In this document: piece after piece, positions 56,736 through 59,199 of the stretch
Position numbering within the stretch: position 1 is the stretch's first letter
Layout: every line of letters starts with the position of its first letter
Source: Salisapilia sapeloensis CBS 127946
Lineage: Eukaryota > Protista > Oomycota
Assembly (NCBI GenBank): GCA_023334545.1
Contig: JAADVB010000103.1
Location: 1 to 59,199, forward strand
Direction: 5' to 3'
Length of the DNA stretch: 59,199 bases
Notes under the pieces: model-generated
What the model saw: only the letters and a program-made list of their open reading frames with translations
What the model was told of the DNA's origin: nothing
Databases searched by the model: none
Program-made: the position numbers and the translations under genes

Positions 56736-57593
56736 ATGAGTCAAGTAGAGAAACGTGAGCGATGTTTATCCGCTGATATGCCTCGGATGACCAAGGCACA
56801 GAAGCTGGAAGGCTCCCCTTCCTCGATTGCCCACCTCTCGACGATGGCGTCTCCAGCCAAGTGTCCACATGCTCATGTCTTGGAACGTGTAGCGCCGGAA
56901 GATCGAGACGCAATTGTCGCTGGTATCTTTACGATCTCCTTGGCATTGGGACTAGAGCAAGAGACCTTGCATATATTCACGAGTCTCTTGGATCGATACC
57001 TTTCCATTCGTCCAGTGGAATTGCGATCACTTGAGAAAGTAGCGATCGCATGCTTTTGGATCGCCATCAAGTTTGAAGAATCAGCGAATACGATTGCGGA
57101 GAAGCATGTGAAGAGTATTTTACAAAGTCGAGGCACATCTGGCAAATGGACATGGCATGAGATCCTGGAACTTGAGCTGGAAATCCTTAAGACACTCGAC
57201 TTTCGTGTCTTCATCCCGACCGTGCTTAGTCGCTTGCATACTCGAATCGACAAGTCTAGTACCCAGATATCCGCTGCCAAGATAAGTTTGATGCAGTACT
57301 TATCAGATCTCGTGATCTTACGTTCCGAAGCGAGTATCTACTCGGAAAAGATGCTGGTGGATGCTATCTGGAGTATCCTCCAAGACGACTCGATGGCAAG
57401 TACATCTCGTGAGATGCTAGCTCCTATATTCTCCTTCTTTCTCTTCCATCGAGACGTAGTCGACGGCCAGCATGATCTATTCGACAAGTGGGCAGCACTA
57501 CGATGTCGCTACGGTCGTGTCTTACCATTTTCCTGGGAACTTCCATATGCACAAGAGTGTTCCTGTCGTGTTTGCAATTACAATCGAGAGTAA
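56736..57593 (+). CDS. Divergent cyclin (cyclin-box protein)
   Basis: ETLHIFTSLLDRYL, VAIACFWIAIKFEE, ILELELEILKTLDFRV. Start placed at MSQVEK. Confidence 0.85.
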   Translation: MSQVEKRERCLSADMPRMTKAQKLEGSPSSIAHLSTMASPAKCPHAHVLERVAPEDRDAIVAGIFTISLALGLEQETLHIFTSLLDRYLSIRPVELRSLEKVAIACFWIAIKFEESANTIAEKHVKSILQSRGTSGKWTWHEILELELEILKTLDFRVFIPTVLSRLHTRIDKSSTQISAAKISLMQYLSDLVILRSEASIYSEKMLVDAIWSILQDDSMASTSREMLAPIFSFFLFHRDVVDGQHDLFDKWAALRCRYGRVLPFSWELPYAQECSCRVCNYNRE

Positions 57594-57642
57594 ATAAATT
57601 ATGCTTTTAGAAGTGTCCAAGTCATGTCTTGATTCGTTTTTC

Positions 57643-58896
57643 TTAAAGGAAGTGCGATTTACGCAAATCTTGATACTTTTTGTATCCAAACGCGATCATA
57701 CCGCCAAGACCTAGCACCAATACGAAGAAGGGCATGACCCATCCAGATCCTTGACTGGCCGAAGCTTCAAATGTCTTTTGGAGTTTATCCTCCACCTGGT
57801 CTTTAATCGATGACACGGATGCTTTCACTCGATCCGACACCTTACTGTTCGACCATTCTTCCAGCTTGGCAATCCGCTTTTCATCCTCTGCTTCTTGCTC
57901 CTTTAGCTTCGCGACTGTGTTCTCCGTCGACTCTTGCAATGCCGAGAGCTGGTGCTCAAAGTCTTCCAGTAGTTGGTTGTACGTGTTCTTCACGGCGACC
58001 ATACGTGCCGTGAGGTCATCTGTCACCTTCTTATCCTCCGTTAGAGCGGACGCATCCTTCTCCTCTTGAGGTGTACGGATAGCGCGGATCTTTTGGTCTG
58101 CAGCTTCCTGAAGAGGATCCGATGCGTCGTCGTACATGGTCAAAGACAGCACGTCGTGGTTGTCAGCGAGACTGCCAGTGGATGCTGTTAGACCAATGTA
58201 CGCATTTTCGGTCCATCCAGCTCCAAGCTTTACTTGGGTAGAGTAGCACTGGACCCACTTGCCATCGGCCTTGGGGTCCAAGGAGATGACAATGTACTCG
58301 TCTTTGTATTGGATCTTGGCACGTGCGTAGCTCTGGGAAGCACTAAATCCTGCGTTATTTTCATGGTGTCGAAGACCTTGCGCCATGCATCCTTCCTTTG
58401 GACTAGTGAGAAGGTCGTCTAGGGACTTGGTGCCATCGTTCTCAAAGTACGTGACATCCTTGTGACCTCCCTTCTGCTCTGGGTTGACGAACGTGTCAAA
58501 GATGACGCCAAAGCCGTTGTACAGACCGACGAAGCCGTGGTTGCTTCCGGACTTGTACACCGGTGAGTCAGTTACCCACAGTGCGAGACCGTCACCGAAG
58601 AGTGATTCGCCTTGGCCACTGATACGGAAGTTGAGCACGACGGCAAACTCACGTGTCTCGAGCTGTCGTTTGCTCCAGATGTACCCACGTTTGGATTGAC
58701 GGTCTGGTGTGAGTCGAGCGAAATAACGATGCACGGACGTATCACCGCCTACTGTCCAATGCGAACCGAGCTCTCGCTCCCCTGACGCTGATATGTCCTC
58801 GAACGGCTTCTCGAACGTAAGCTCATTTAGCTTCACAGCATCCACTGATAGGAACTGCACACATGCTACTAGTGATAGAACGATGTAGATGAGCAT
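57643..58896 (-). CDS. L-type lectin cargo receptor (ERGIC-53/VIP36/Emp47-like)
   Basis: Signal peptide; RLTPDRQSKRGYIWS, GDGLALW, YIGLTASTGSLADNHDVLSL; coiled coil; C-terminal TM; tail RKSHFL. Confidence 0.92.
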   Translation of the reverse strand: MLIYIVLSLVACVQFLSVDAVKLNELTFEKPFEDISASGERELGSHWTVGGDTSVHRYFARLTPDRQSKRGYIWSKRQLETREFAVVLNFRISGQGESLFGDGLALWVTDSPVYKSGSNHGFVGLYNGFGVIFDTFVNPEQKGGHKDVTYFENDGTKSLDDLLTSPKEGCMAQGLRHHENNAGFSASQSYARAKIQYKDEYIVISLDPKADGKWVQCYSTQVKLGAGWTENAYIGLTASTGSLADNHDVLSLTMYDDASDPLQEAADQKIRAIRTPQEEKDASALTEDKKVTDDLTARMVAVKNTYNQLLEDFEHQLSALQESTENTVAKLKEQEAEDEKRIAKLEEWSNSKVSDRVKASVSSIKDQVEDKLQKTFEASASQGSGWVMPFFVLVLGLGGMIAFGYKKYQDLRKSHFL

Positions 58897-59062
58897 AGGA
58901 GCTCTAGTACTCCGCTCGGATGTCTGCATCCTGCTTCCTATGCTTACGTGGACGGATATGTTGCGAAGGATGGTTTTATACGATTAAGCTATTTTACGTT
59001 CGTATCCAAAAGCTACAACCTTTCAAGATGCGGATGGCCAAGTATCTCTACTTGGTTTTTGC

Positions 59063-59199
59063 CTATCGATATAATGCATCGCTGGAGGAAGTGGTTCGGT
59101 GGATGATGTTGTGGGTGGTCGGGTGCTTTGATCCAGAAGACTGTTTGCTGATGTCGGCCAGGAAGGCGGCGTCCAGGTAGGTCGAGAGGAAGTCGTGCA
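59063..59199 (-). CDS. Possible 3' end of a gene entering from the right edge (HDFLSTYLDAAFLADISKQ...)
   Basis: Open, GC3-rich minus frame from the window edge to TAG at 59063; no family recognised. Confidence 0.35.
   Translation of the reverse strand, partial: HDFLSTYLDAAFLADISKQSSGSKHPTTHNIIHRTTSSSDALYR

Noticed and set aside
579-58699. Numerous overlapping antisense or alternate-frame ORFs in the track (e.g. 12805..13395, 15730..16296, 21119..21832, 42281..42778)
   Set aside because: Shadows of GC-rich coding sequence on the opposite strand; no motifs or independent start/splice context.
1-59199. Prokaryotic systems (CRISPR array, operon, defence island, rRNA, prophage)
   Set aside because: Spliceosomal introns and eukaryote-specific genes throughout; no repeat-spacer array or rRNA-like sequence seen.

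Overview
Eukaryotic genomic DNA, most likely an oomycete. This is inferred from gene content: PX, PDZ and C-x4-C-x9-C-x2-H repeat proteins, an EF-hand NADPH oxidase, and flagellar/basal-body genes SPEF2 and FOP. The window is very compact: about 32 hand-built protein-coding gene models, mostly 50-70 nt introns, and many intergenic gaps under 100 bp. I saw no rRNA, tRNA, CRISPR array or intact transposon. Most genes are housekeeping (mitochondrial HisRS, MRPL13, TMEM70, PGP phosphatase, SEC13, RFC4, MFS, serine carboxypeptidase, L-type lectin). The best candidate for something undescribed is a chromatin pair. (1) A ~2,240 aa CHD7-like remodeller has a bromodomain+PHD apparently inserted inside chromodomain 2, a PDZ domain, and NSD/MLL-type PHD cassettes where the SANT-SLIDE DNA-binding domain normally sits. 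(2) About 3.2 kb downstream on the same strand, a separate gene encodes only a CHD1-type SANT-SLIDE + CHCT module with no ATPase. Other notable items: a tandem exon+intron duplication in FOP, a 30-bp palindrome in a 99-bp bidirectional promoter, a transposase-derived FAR1-type factor, and a probable GC-AG intron. All family calls are motif recognition by eye with no database search. Splice models come from GT/GC-AG sites and frame continuity, not transcript data.
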